From Lysobacter sp. (GTDB taxonomy: Bacteria; Pseudomonadota; Gammaproteobacteria; Xanthomonadales; Xanthomonadaceae): 63,232 nucleotides of DNA. The notes below the pieces were generated by a model. That model ran no database searches and was not told the DNA's origin. It saw only the letters and a list, made by a program, of their open reading frames with translations. The stretch spans positions 1-63,232 of the forward strand of contig JABFWF010000157.1 in assembly GCA_013362405.1 (NCBI GenBank). The letters are read 5' to 3'. Each line of letters starts with the position of its first letter. Positions within the stretch are counted from its first letter, which is position 1. Below are positions 1 to 8,405 of this stretch, in pieces. The translations under genes were made by a program, and so were the position numbers.

Positions 1-143
1 TCTTCTTGCCAGGGGTCCATGTCTCGCTCCGTGACATCGGATGGTGGGAAAAAATCCGACGGGGCAGGTATGGACTTGGAAGCGCGTTTCAAGGGGGGCG
101 CCGGGCGCGCCGCTGGCGAGCGGCCCGCTGCGGCGGGCGCCGC

Positions 144-278
144 TCACTCCGGCGTGGGCGGGGAAGGGGTCCGGGCGGCTTCGCGCGCCTGCTTCTTGCG
201 TGCCTCCTTCTCTTCCTTCTGCTTCTTCTTCGCCAGTTCGCGCTGGCGTTTCTCGAACGAATAATTGGGCTTGGCCAA
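144..278 (-). CDS. small Lys/Glu-rich protein (44 aa), below ORF-track cutoff
   Basis: Hand translation of the minus strand gives TTG (276-278), then MAKPNYSFEKRQRELAKKKQKEEKEARKKQAREAARTPSPPTPE, then TGA (144-146). It lies just downstream of 300..497 in the same orientation. The start codon is uncertain. Confidence 0.35.
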   Translation of the reverse strand: MAKPNYSFEKRQRELAKKKQKEEKEARKKQAREAARTPSPPTPE

Positions 279-299
279 GCGGGGATCCTCGCGGGAAAG

Positions 300-497
300 T
301 CAGCGCCGGGAGCGCGGCGGGGTGGGGGAAACGACGACCTCGTCCACGCGCTTGAGCACGCGCGTCACGCCCAGCACCTCGACCTTGCCGCCGGCCGCGG
401 CGAAGGCGTCCAGGTGCGCGGCGATGTCCTCGCTGGTGACGGACCGTGCGTCGACCGGCTTGCGCGGCCCGGGCATGGGCTGTTTTTTCGTGGGCAT
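300..497 (-). CDS. small hypothetical protein (65 aa)
   Basis: The ATG is preceded by an AAGGAA-like SD (ctgaaggaaccgccATG on the minus strand). It starts 10 nt after the stop of the YkgJ-like gene. Its composition is not Arg/Ala/Pro-dominated, unlike the spurious frames. Confidence 0.5.
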   Translation of the reverse strand: MPTKKQPMPGPRKPVDARSVTSEDIAAHLDAFAAAGGKVEVLGVTRVLKRVDEVVVSPTPPRSRR

Positions 498-507
498 GGC
501 GGTTCCT

Positions 508-987
508 TCAGCAGAGGACGAGCGGAATGGCGTGCGGGGCGTCGGGCGTGCGTTCGGCCGCGTATTCGGCGCGCACGGCGCGGCAGTACGGGCCGCCCAT
601 GGCGAACTTGCGGCAGATGGCGGGGCGGCTTTCGTAGATCGAGCAGCACTGGCGCGCGCCGTCGACGGCCACGCACCAGCCGTCCTCGTCGCGGGCCATG
701 ACGTGCAGGCCTTCGTCCGTCCAGGCGGTGAGGCGCTCGGGCACGTCGTCGCCCGGCAGCAGCACCACGGTCAACCGGCAGCAGACGGCGTCGCAGGCGT
801 CGCAGCGGATGCCCGGATCGATGTCGGGGTCGACGGGCGGGCCGCCACGGGCGGATGCCGGGCGGGCCTGGGAGGAGGGGATGGCGATGGACAGCTCCCG
901 GGAAGGGCGTCCGCCCGGCGGCGACGACGCGTGGAGGAGCGGAGCGTGCGACCGGGCGGTCGAGGCAGCGCGGAAAAAGCAGGACAT
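508..987 (-). CDS. YkgJ-family cysteine-cluster (UPF0153-like) protein
   Basis: The motif IRCDACDAVCC...ARQCCSIYESRPAICRKF is typical of CxxCxxCC zinc/iron-chelating YkgJ proteins. The true start may be internal to the ORF. Confidence 0.65.
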   Translation of the reverse strand: MSCFFRAASTARSHAPLLHASSPPGGRPSRELSIAIPSSQARPASARGGPPVDPDIDPGIRCDACDAVCCRLTVVLLPGDDVPERLTAWTDEGLHVMARDEDGWCVAVDGARQCCSIYESRPAICRKFAMGGPYCRAVRAEYAAERTPDAPHAIPLVLC

Positions 988-1154
988 CGTAACGCACCCA
1001 CCCGGCCGGAGCCGAAACGCGGCGCACGCGGAGGGCGTCGCCGGCAGGCGGCGGGCCCGGTCCCGCGCCGGGGCGCACGCACCGGGGCGAGCAGGCGAAT
1101 CACGCCGACTCCCAGATGATCGGTTGACGCCGTCGCTTGTCCCCCATATGTTGT

Positions 1155-1342
1155 GCCCGTCGAAGGTGCCCGCCCTGCCAGGGGCGGCTTAATAGGGAAC
1201 CCGGTGCGAATCCGGGACTGCCCCGCAGCGGTAAGTGGAAACGACCCGCGTCATTGGCACTGGCCCTCGGGCTGGGAAGCGACGCGCAGTAGGTGGCGAC
1301 TCCGGTCGCCGTGTCCACGAGTCCGAAGACCTGCCTCGACCG
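1155..1342 (+). promoter_or_regulatory. cobalamin (B12) riboswitch
   Basis: The conserved core is readable: AATAGGGAACCCGGTGCGAATCCGGGACTGCCCCGCAGCGGTAAG, then GGCACTGG...GGGAAGCG, then the B12 box AGTCCGAAGACCTGCC. It lies in the 5' leader of nrdA. Confidence 0.85.
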
Positions 1343-1523
1343 GCGGCCGCATGCCGTCGCTTGGCCAGGCGTCCTCGTGGGAGGGACGGGTCGGTCCGCG
1401 GGGGTCCGCCCGCTGCCTTCCGTCCGATCCATGTCGATGCCGGCTCGCCCGAGGGGGCGGGGGCCGGCGCAGGACGACGCGTGCGCCGCTTTCGCTTCCT
1501 CTCCATCCCGCCGGAGAGGCACC

Positions 1524-3926
1524 GTGACCATCGAGACGCTGACCGACATCCCGCCACCCCAGGCCGCCGCCGACATCGGCCAGGCCGGTTTCGCCCTGAC
1601 CCCGCCGCACGCGCCGGCGACGATGACCGTGACCAAGCGCGACGGCCGCCGCGAGCCGGTCGACGTCGGCAAGATCGTGCGCGCCGTGCAGCGTTGCGCG
1701 GGCGCGCTCGACGACATCGACCCGATGCGCGTCGCGCTCAAGACCATCGGCGGCATCTACGACGGCGCGACCACCCGCGAGCTCGACGAACTGTCGATCC
1801 ACACCGCCGCGGCGTTCACCGCCGAGGAGCCGCAGTACTCGCGCCTCGCCGCGCGGCTGCTGTCGGGCTTCATCGACAAGGAGGTCGCCGGCCTGGGCGT
1901 GCATTCGTTCTCGCAGTCGATCCTGCTCGGCCACGACCTCGGGTTGATCAACGACCGCGTGCGCGAGCTGGTCGAAGCCAACGCGCGCAAGTTCAACGAT
2001 GCGGTCGACCCGGCGCAGACGCAGCGCTTCGAATACTTCGGCCTGCGCACGCTGTACGACCGCTACCTGCTGCGCCATCCGCACCGGCGCCACGCCATCG
2101 AGACGCCGCAGCACTTCTTCATGCGCATCGCGGTGGCGCTCACCGACAGCCCGGCCGGTGCGCTGCAGCTGTACCGGCTGATGTCCTCGCTCGACTACAT
2201 CCCGAGCTCGCCGACGCTGTTCAACGCGGGCACGCGCCACGAGCAGCTCTCATCGTGCTTCCTGCTCGACTCGCCGCAGGACTCGCTCACCGACATCTAC
2301 GCCCGCTACGGCGACGTCGCGCAGCTGTCGAAGTTCTCCGGCGGCATCGGGCAGGCCTACCACCGCATCCGCGCGCGCGGCTCGCTCATCCGCTCCACCA
2401 ACGGACGCAGCAACGGCATCGTGCCGTGGCTGAAGACGCTCGATGCGTCCGTCGCCGCGGTGAACCAGGGCGGCAAGCGCAAGGGCGCCGCCTGCATCTA
2501 CCTCGAGACCTGGCATGCGGACATCGAGGAATTCCTCGAGCTGCGCGACAACACCGGCGACGAGATGCGCCGCACGCACAACCTCAACCTCGCCAACTGG
2601 ATCCCGGACCTGTTCATGCGCCGCGTGGAGGAGGGTGGCGACTGGTCGCTGTTCGATCCCAAGGCCGTGCCGGAGCTGCCGGACCTCTGGGGCGAAGCCT
2701 TCGAGCGCGCCTACGCGCAGGCCGAGCAGCAGGGCCTGGTGGCGCGCACGGTCAAGGCGCGCGAGCTGTACGCGCGGATGATGAAGACGCTCGGCGAGAC
2801 CGGGAACGGCTGGATGACGTTCAAGGACGCGTCCAACCGTACCTGCAACCAGGCCGGCCCGGGCCGCACCGTGCACCTGTCCAACCTGTGCACGGAGATC
2901 CTCGAAGTCACGGATGCGGAGGAGACCGCGGTCTGCAACCTCGGCTCGATCAATCTCGCGCAGCACGTGGGCGAGGACGGCTTCGACTTCGACAAGCTTG
3001 CCGAAACGGTGCACGTCGCGGTGCGCCAGCTCGACCGCGTCATCGACCTCAACTTCTACCCGATCGAATCGGCGCGCCGTTCGAACCTGCGCTGGCGGCC
3101 GGTCGGGCTCGGGGTGATGGGCCTGCAGGACGTGTTCTTCCGGCTGCGCCTGCCGTTCGATTCCGCCGAGGCGCTGTCGCTGTCGACGCGCATCGCCGAG
3201 CGCATCTACCTGCACGCGCTGGAGGCCTCGTGCGAACTCGCCGAGCAGCACGGCGCGCATCCGTCCTTCGCGGAAACGCGCGCCGCGCAGGCTGAGCTGC
3301 AGTTCGACCTGTGGGGCGTGGCGCCGACGCAGGCCGATGCCTGGGAGGCATTGAAGGCGCGCATCGCGCAGCACGGCCTGCGCAACTCGCTGCTGGTCGC
3401 GATCGCGCCGACGGCGACGATCGCCTCCATCGCCGGGTGCTACGAATGCATCGAGCCGCAGGTGTCCAACCTGTTCAAGCGCGAGACGCTGTCGGGCGAC
3501 TTCGTGCAGGTCAACCGCCATCTCGTCGAGGAACTCAAGAAGCTCGGCCTGTGGACGCAGGCGGTCCGCGATGCGATCAAGCTCGGCGAAGGCTCGGTCC
3601 AGGCCGTCGAGGCGATTCCCGAAACGCTGCGCGGGATCTACCGCACCGCATGGGAGCTGCCGCAGAAGGCGCTCATCGACCTCGCCGCCGCGCGCGGCGC
3701 CTACATCGACCAGTCGCAGTCGCTGAACCTCTTCATCGAAAGCCCGAACATCGGCCGCCTGTCGTCGATGTACATGTACGCCTGGAAATCGGGCCTGAAG
3801 ACGACCTACTACCTGCGCTCGCGTCCCGCCACCCGCATCGCCAAGGCCACGGTGAGTACTCCCTCACCGCAGGCAGCTGTCGCGTGCTCGCTGGAGAATC
3901 CGGAGGCGTGCGAGGCGTGCCAGTAA
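1524..3926 (+). CDS. nrdA: ribonucleoside-diphosphate reductase alpha subunit (class I)
   Basis: It has an ATP-cone (MTVTKRDGRREPVDVGKIVRAV), the catalytic core (NLCTEI, GLGVMGLQD, AIAPTATIASI) and a C-terminal Cys pair (CSLENPEACEACQ). The GTG at 1524 follows GGAGAGG; an alternative ATG is at 1623. Confidence 0.9.
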   Translation: MTIETLTDIPPPQAAADIGQAGFALTPPHAPATMTVTKRDGRREPVDVGKIVRAVQRCAGALDDIDPMRVALKTIGGIYDGATTRELDELSIHTAAAFTAEEPQYSRLAARLLSGFIDKEVAGLGVHSFSQSILLGHDLGLINDRVRELVEANARKFNDAVDPAQTQRFEYFGLRTLYDRYLLRHPHRRHAIETPQHFFMRIAVALTDSPAGALQLYRLMSSLDYIPSSPTLFNAGTRHEQLSSCFLLDSPQDSLTDIYARYGDVAQLSKFSGGIGQAYHRIRARGSLIRSTNGRSNGIVPWLKTLDASVAAVNQGGKRKGAACIYLETWHADIEEFLELRDNTGDEMRRTHNLNLANWIPDLFMRRVEEGGDWSLFDPKAVPELPDLWGEAFERAYAQAEQQGLVARTVKARELYARMMKTLGETGNGWMTFKDASNRTCNQAGPGRTVHLSNLCTEILEVTDAEETAVCNLGSINLAQHVGEDGFDFDKLAETVHVAVRQLDRVIDLNFYPIESARRSNLRWRPVGLGVMGLQDVFFRLRLPFDSAEALSLSTRIAERIYLHALEASCELAEQHGAHPSFAETRAAQAELQFDLWGVAPTQADAWEALKARIAQHGLRNSLLVAIAPTATIASIAGCYECIEPQVSNLFKRETLSGDFVQVNRHLVEELKKLGLWTQAVRDAIKLGEGSVQAVEAIPETLRGIYRTAWELPQKALIDLAAARGAYIDQSQSLNLFIESPNIGRLSSMYMYAWKSGLKTTYYLRSRPATRIAKATVSTPSPQAAVACSLENPEACEACQ

Positions 3927-3930
3927 CGGC

Positions 3931-3966
3931 GAGTGGAGAGTGGAGAGGAGTGAGAAACGAGTGGGG
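3931..3966. repeat. left arm of 36-bp perfect inverted repeat
   Basis: Exact reverse complement of 4367-4402. Confidence 0.95.
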
Positions 3967-3969
3967 GGC

Positions 3970-4317
3970 TCAGCGCTGGCGGCGGCGTAGGGTGGTCAGC
4001 ATCCGGCTGGTTTCGTCGATCACGGCTCGCGGGTCGCGAGTCTGGGCGATCGGAAACCAGCCGATCTCCTCGCAGAGCGTCACCAGCGTTTCCAGCTCCG
4101 AGAGCGAACCGTGGGCGATGGCGAGGAAGTGCGCCTTCTCACGCATCGACTCGCGCGTCCAGCCTTCGGCAATGTTGCAAGGCACCGAAACCGCAGCGCG
4201 AGTGAGCTGGGAACGAATGCCATAGACCTCCTCGCGAGGCAGCAGCGGCGCCAGCCTGTAGATCTCGCTGGCCACCGTCATTGCCTTCTTCCAGACCACC
4301 GCGTCCTTGTAATGCAT
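3970..4317 (-). CDS. four-helix-bundle protein (23S rRNA intervening-sequence protein family)
   Basis: 115 aa: MHYKDAVVWKKAMTVASEIYRL...SQLTRAAVSVPCNIAEGW...FLAIAHGSLSELETL. This is the signature of the IVS/S23-like four-helix-bundle family. It is only the C-terminal part of track ORF 3970..5658. Confidence 0.85.
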   Translation of the reverse strand: MHYKDAVVWKKAMTVASEIYRLAPLLPREEVYGIRSQLTRAAVSVPCNIAEGWTRESMREKAHFLAIAHGSLSELETLVTLCEEIGWFPIAQTRDPRAVIDETSRMLTTLRRRQR

Positions 4318-4330
4318 CCAGGATCCTCCA

Positions 4331-5397
4331 TGACCCCGTCGAAAACGCCCCAAGTCTCTCACGTCGCCCCACTCGTTTCTCACTCCTCTCCACTCTCCAC
4401 TCTGCTCTCCCCGGGCTTCGCCCTCACCCTGCGCCCCATGCGCTATCCGGCCTTCTACGACATGTACCGCGACGCGGTGCGCAACACGTGGACGGTGGAG
4501 GAGGTCGACTTCGGCATCGACGTCAACGACCTGCGCGACAAGCTCACGCCGGCGGATCGCCACCTGGTCGAGCGCCTGGTCGCGTTCTTCGCGACCGGGG
4601 ATTCGATCGTCGCCAACAACCTCGTGCTCAATCTCTACCAGCACGTCAACGCGCCCGAGGCGCGCATGTACCTGTCGCGCCAGCTGTACGAGGAGGCGCT
4701 GCACGTGCAGTTCTATCTCACGCTGCTCGACGCCTACGTGCCGGACGTCGAGCGCCGCGCGGCGGCGTTCGCCGCCATCGAGAACATCCCGTCGATCCGC
4801 GCCAAGGCCGACTTCTGCTTCCGCTGGATCGACGCGATCCAGCAGCTGCAGCGGCTGGACACGCGCGAGCAGCGCCGCGCCTTCCTGCTGAACCTCGCGT
4901 GCTTCGCCTGCTGCATCGAGGGCCTGTTCTTCTTCGCGGCCTTCGCCTATGTCTGGTTCCTGCGTTCGCGCGGGCTGCTGCCGGGCCTCGCGGCCGGCAC
5001 CAACTGGGTGTTCCGCGACGAGTCCGGGCACATGGCCTTCGCGCTGGAAGTCATCCGCACGGTGCGCGAGGAGGAGCCGGAGCTGTTCGACTCCGCGATG
5101 GAAGGCGAGGTCCGCGCGATGCTGCGCGAGGCGGTGCAGGTGGAGGCGGCCTTCGCCGACGACGTGCTGTCCGGCGGCGTCAACGGACTCTCGCCGCGCG
5201 AGATGCGCCAGTACCTCGAATACGTCGCCGACCTGCGGCTCGCCGCGCTCGGGCTGGCGCCCGAGTTCGGCGCGCGCAATCCGTTCGCCTTCATGGACCT
5301 GCAGGACGTGCAGGAGCTGACCAACTTCTTCGAGCGTCGCGTCTCGGCCTACCAGGTCGGGGTCAGCGGGCAGGTGGCGTTCGACGCGGCGTTCTGA
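4331..5397 (+). CDS. nrdB: ribonucleotide-diphosphate reductase beta subunit (class I)
   Basis: Sequence LTLRPMRYPAFYDMYRDAVRNTWTVEEVDF, with di-metal ligand motifs EEALHVQFY and FRDESGHMAF. The start is uncertain: ATG 4331 reads through the right repeat arm, and ATG 4438 is the conservative alternative. Confidence 0.88.
4367..4402. repeat. right arm of 36-bp perfect inverted repeat
   Basis: Exact reverse complement of 3931-3966. It overlaps the possible 5' end of nrdB. Confidence 0.95.
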
Positions 5398-5470
5398 GGC
5401 GGGCTTCGGAACCCCGGTTGGACTGAGGGGGAGGTGCGGGGCACGTCGGCGTGCGGCGGGGCTTGCATCA

Positions 5471-5496
5471 ATTCCATATTTCCGGAAATATGGAAT
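5471..5496. promoter_or_regulatory. perfect 26-bp palindrome, candidate ArsR operator
   Basis: ATTCCATATTTCC|GGAAATATGGAAT ends 1 nt before the arsR ATG (5498). Confidence 0.7.
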
Positions 5497-5497
5497 C

Positions 5498-5836
5498 ATG
5501 GATACCGCCCAGACCCTCGTCGCCCTCCGCGCCCTGGCCCACGAGAGCCGCCTGGCCGCGTTCCGCGCGCTGGTCGAGGCCGGCCCGGACGGGCTGGCGG
5601 TCGGCATGCTGCGCGAGCGGCTCGACCTGCCGCCGGCCACGCTGACCGCCCATCTCAACGTGCTGCGCGCGGCCGGGCTGGTGTCGGACCTGCGCGAGGG
5701 TCGCTCGATCCGCGTGCGCGCCGACTACACGCGCATGGACGCGCTGGTCGGCTACCTCACCGAGAACTGCTGTGCCGGCGCCGCGTCGTGCGGGCCGGTT
5801 CCCTCCTGCACGCCCCGACCCAAGGACACGCCATGA
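5498..5836 (+). CDS. arsR: ArsR/SmtB-family metalloregulator
   Basis: wHTH motif (LRALAHESRLAAFRAL...ATLTAHLNVLRAAGLV) and a C-terminal Cys cluster (ENCCAGAASCGPVPSC). It is the first gene of the ars cluster. Confidence 0.85.
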   Translation: MDTAQTLVALRALAHESRLAAFRALVEAGPDGLAVGMLRERLDLPPATLTAHLNVLRAAGLVSDLREGRSIRVRADYTRMDALVGYLTENCCAGAASCGPVPSCTPRPKDTP

Positions 5837-6318
5837 ACCGCTTCCACGTGCATCTCAACGTTTCCGACCTGGATGCCAGCGTCCGCTTCTACACCGAGCT
5901 GTTCGCGGTCGCGCCGGCGGTGCGCAAGGACGATTACGCCAAGTGGATGCTGGACGATCCGCGCATCAACTTCGCGATCTCCGACACCGGACGCGCGCCG
6001 GGCATCGACCACCTCGGCATCCAGGTGGACAGCGGCGATGCGCTCGCCGCGCTCGGCCAGCGCCTCGATGCGGCCGGTGGCAGTGTCGTGCCGGAAGACG
6101 CCGCGGTGTGCTGCTACGCGCAATCGGACAAGCTGTGGACCGAAGACCCGCAGGGCACGCGCTGGGAAACCTTCCACACGTTCGGCGATGCGACCCGCTA
6201 CTACGCCGGCGAACGCGCCTGTGCGACCGACGCCGCCTGCACGCCGGCACCGCGCGCGGCGAAGCCGAAGGTCGAAAAGGGAACGGCTCGCTGCGCGCCG
6301 GCGTCGGGGTGCTGCTGA
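5833..6318 (+). CDS. arsI: ArsI/CadI-family glyoxalase-fold protein (candidate C-As lyase)
   Basis: VOC-fold N-terminus (MNRFHVHLNVSDLDASVRFY), IDHLGIQV, and a vicinal Cys pair (AAVCCYAQSDKLW). ATGA overlap with arsR. Confidence 0.75.
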   Translation: MNRFHVHLNVSDLDASVRFYTELFAVAPAVRKDDYAKWMLDDPRINFAISDTGRAPGIDHLGIQVDSGDALAALGQRLDAAGGSVVPEDAAVCCYAQSDKLWTEDPQGTRWETFHTFGDATRYYAGERACATDAACTPAPRAAKPKVEKGTARCAPASGCC

Positions 6319-6758
6319 TGGATATCCGGCCCGCGACGACCGACGAACACCCCGCCATCCGTGGCCTGCTGGGTTCCGCGGCGTTGCCGGTCGCCGACCT
6401 CGCGGACGTCGACGTCGCCTTCCTGGTCGCGCACGACGGCGCGCGCCTGGTGGGTGCGATCGGGCTGCAGCCGTTCGACGGCGTCGGCCTGCTGCGCTCG
6501 CTGGTGGTGGACGCCGACGCGCGCGGCAGCGGCATCGGCGACCGGCTGGTCCGCGCGCTCGAGGAGGACGCGGGCGATCGTGGCCTCCGGCAGCTGGTGC
6601 TGCTGACGCAGACGGCGGCGCCGTTCTTCACCCGCCGCGGCTACGGTGTGATCGAGCGCGCGGCCGCGCCGGCCACGGTGCAGGCCAGCGCAGAGTTCCG
6701 CGCGTTGTGTCCTGACTCCGCCACCTGCATGGCCAAGCATCTGGAGATGGCGGAATGA
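6318..6758 (+). CDS. arsN2: GNAT acetyltransferase, ArsN2-type
   Basis: GNAT core (LRSLVVDADARGSGIGDRLVRALE...FFTRRGY). Its start overlaps the arsI stop. Confidence 0.7.
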   Translation: MDIRPATTDEHPAIRGLLGSAALPVADLADVDVAFLVAHDGARLVGAIGLQPFDGVGLLRSLVVDADARGSGIGDRLVRALEEDAGDRGLRQLVLLTQTAAPFFTRRGYGVIERAAAPATVQASAEFRALCPDSATCMAKHLEMAE

Positions 6759-7147
6759 CGCGCAGGCGGGTGTTGTTCGTGTGCGTGGAGAACGCCAACC
6801 GCAGCCAGATGGCCGAGGCGTTCGCGCGCATGATCGGCGGGGACGCCGTCGAGGCGGCGAGCGCGGGCTCGAAGCCGTCCGGCGTGCTCAATCCGAGAGC
6901 CGTGCGCTTCATGGACGAAGTCGGGTACGACCTCACGGCGCATCGCTCCAAGTCGCTGGACGAGGTGGACGGCGCGTTCGATGCGGTGATCACGATGGGG
7001 TGCGGCGACCGTTGCCCGTGGGTGCCGGCACGCGTGCGCGAGGACTGGGCGCTGCCCGATCCGAAGCACCTGGACGATGATGGCTACCGCGCGGTGCGCG
7101 ACGAGATCGCGCGGCGCGTGCACGCGCTGCTGGAGGCCTTGCGATGA
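6755..7147 (+). CDS. arsC: arsenate reductase, LMW-PTPase type
   Basis: P-loop VLFVCVENANRSQMAEA plus ITMGCGD. 4-nt overlaps with both neighbouring genes. Confidence 0.85.
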   Translation: MTRRRVLFVCVENANRSQMAEAFARMIGGDAVEAASAGSKPSGVLNPRAVRFMDEVGYDLTAHRSKSLDEVDGAFDAVITMGCGDRCPWVPARVREDWALPDPKHLDDDGYRAVRDEIARRVHALLEALR

Positions 7148-7830
7148 GTCGGCTGTCGCGGCGCCTGCTCGCCGAGTTCGTCGGGACGCTGTTGTTGCTG
7201 GCGACGGTGGTCGGTTCCGGCGTGATGGGCGTGAAGCTGTCGCAGGGCAATGATGCGCTCGCGCTGCTCGCGAATGCCGGTGCCACCGCCGGCGCGCTGT
7301 ACGTCCTGATCGTGGTGTTCGGGCCGATTTCCGGTGCGCATTTCAACCCGGCGGTATCGCTCGCCATGCGCCTGCGCGGCGCGATGACGACGCGCGACAT
7401 GCTGGCCTATATCGCCGTGCAGGTCGTGGCGGCCGTCGCCGGCGTGCTGCTCGCGCACGCGATGTTCGGCCTGGTGCTGGTGCAGCCGGGCGTGCACGCG
7501 CGCACCGGCGCATCGCAATGGCTGAGCGAGGCGGTCGCCACCTTCGGCCTGCTGCTGACGATCCTGCTCGGCCTGCGCCATCGCCCGCGGGCGATCCCCG
7601 CGCTGGTGGCGAGCTGGATCTTCGCCGCCTACTGGTTCACCGCCAGCACGTCCTTCGCAAATCCGGCGGTGACGCTGGCGCGTGCATTGACGCAGACCTT
7701 CGCCGGCATCCGCCCGGTGGACGTACCGGCGTTCGTGCTCGCGCAGGTGGCGGGAGCGCTCGCGGCGCTTGGCGTCGCAAGCGTGCTCGACGCGCCGGTG
7801 CGTGCCGGAGGGATGCGATCGGATCGTTGA
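7144..7830 (+). CDS. aqpS: aquaglyceroporin (MIP family), AqpS-like arsenite channel
   Basis: Two NPA boxes (GAHFNPAVS and SFANPAVT) and six hydrophobic segments. It is the last gene of the ars operon. Confidence 0.85.
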   Translation: MSRLSRRLLAEFVGTLLLLATVVGSGVMGVKLSQGNDALALLANAGATAGALYVLIVVFGPISGAHFNPAVSLAMRLRGAMTTRDMLAYIAVQVVAAVAGVLLAHAMFGLVLVQPGVHARTGASQWLSEAVATFGLLLTILLGLRHRPRAIPALVASWIFAAYWFTASTSFANPAVTLARALTQTFAGIRPVDVPAFVLAQVAGALAALGVASVLDAPVRAGGMRSDR

Positions 7831-7882
7831 TTCCAAGCCGGCGACGCTCCGTGGCCCGCACGCCCAAGGGCGATGGCCAATG

Positions 7883-7942
7883 TGTAGGAGCGACGTGAGT
7901 CGCGACATGCGGGCTCCGGTCGCGACTTGCGTCGCTCCTGCA
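7883..7942. repeat. REP-type palindromic element
   Basis: TGTAGGAGCGACGTGAGTCGCGAC ... GTCGCGACTTGCGTCGCTCCTGCA, an imperfect hairpin in the intergenic region. Confidence 0.7.
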
Positions 7943-8009
7943 TTGCCAAGGCGACGGCCCGCGGCTGAATGCTTCTACATGCCGCGGCGCTGCAGACGTC
8001 GTGACGCCA

Positions 8010-8040
8010 CCAAAGAAAACGCCCGCATCGCGCGGGCGTC
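8010..8040 (-). terminator. rho-independent terminator of the csbD-like gene
   Basis: Stem ACGCCCGC/GCGGGCGT (8019-8039), followed on the minus strand by TTTTCTTT. Confidence 0.65.
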
Positions 8041-8063
8041 TTCCGTTGCGTGGATGGGCGCGC

Positions 8064-8246
8064 TCAGCGCCGTGCGTCCTTTCTCTTCGCGCGGTCGGCC
8101 ATCAGCGCGATCATCTGCTCGGCCTTGCCGGCGTGCCGCTCCACGCTGCCGGAGAGCTGCTGCGAGCGGTCGTCGGTGGCCTTGCCGATGGCTTCCTTGA
8201 GCGTGCCCTTGGCTTCATGGGCGGTGCCGTCGAGGCGAGGGTTCAT
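8064..8246 (-). CDS. CsbD-family stress protein
   Basis: 60 aa (MNPRLDGTAHEAKGTLKEAIGKATDD...). GGAGGA SD upstream of the ATG at 8246. Confidence 0.8.
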   Translation of the reverse strand: MNPRLDGTAHEAKGTLKEAIGKATDDRSQQLSGSVERHAGKAEQMIALMADRAKRKDARR

Positions 8247-8405
8247 CGGATCCTCCGTTGGGTGGAAATGTTGCGTGGATCCACCTTCGCGGAAACCGTG
8301 TTGCGGCGAGGTGAGTGGCCGCTGGCACGGTTCAGTTTTTCCACCGGGACCGAGGGCAGGCGCTGGCTGGCGCACCGGGCGACGCCGGCGTCGTGAATCG
8401 TTCAG

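Larger units (their letters stand above)
3931..4402. mobile_element. inverted-repeat-bounded insertion carrying a four-helix-bundle (IVS-type) gene in the nrdA-nrdB spacer
   Basis: A perfect 36-bp inverted repeat brackets the element: GAGTGGAGAGTGGAGAGGAGTGAGAAACGAGTGGGG (3931-3966) and its exact reverse complement (4367-4402). The repeats enclose the single minus-strand gene 3970..4317. Confidence 0.7.

Noticed and set aside
3970-5658. 562-aa minus-strand ORF covering nrdB
   Set aside because: It is antisense to nrdB. Only the terminal 115 aa (four-helix-bundle protein) are real.
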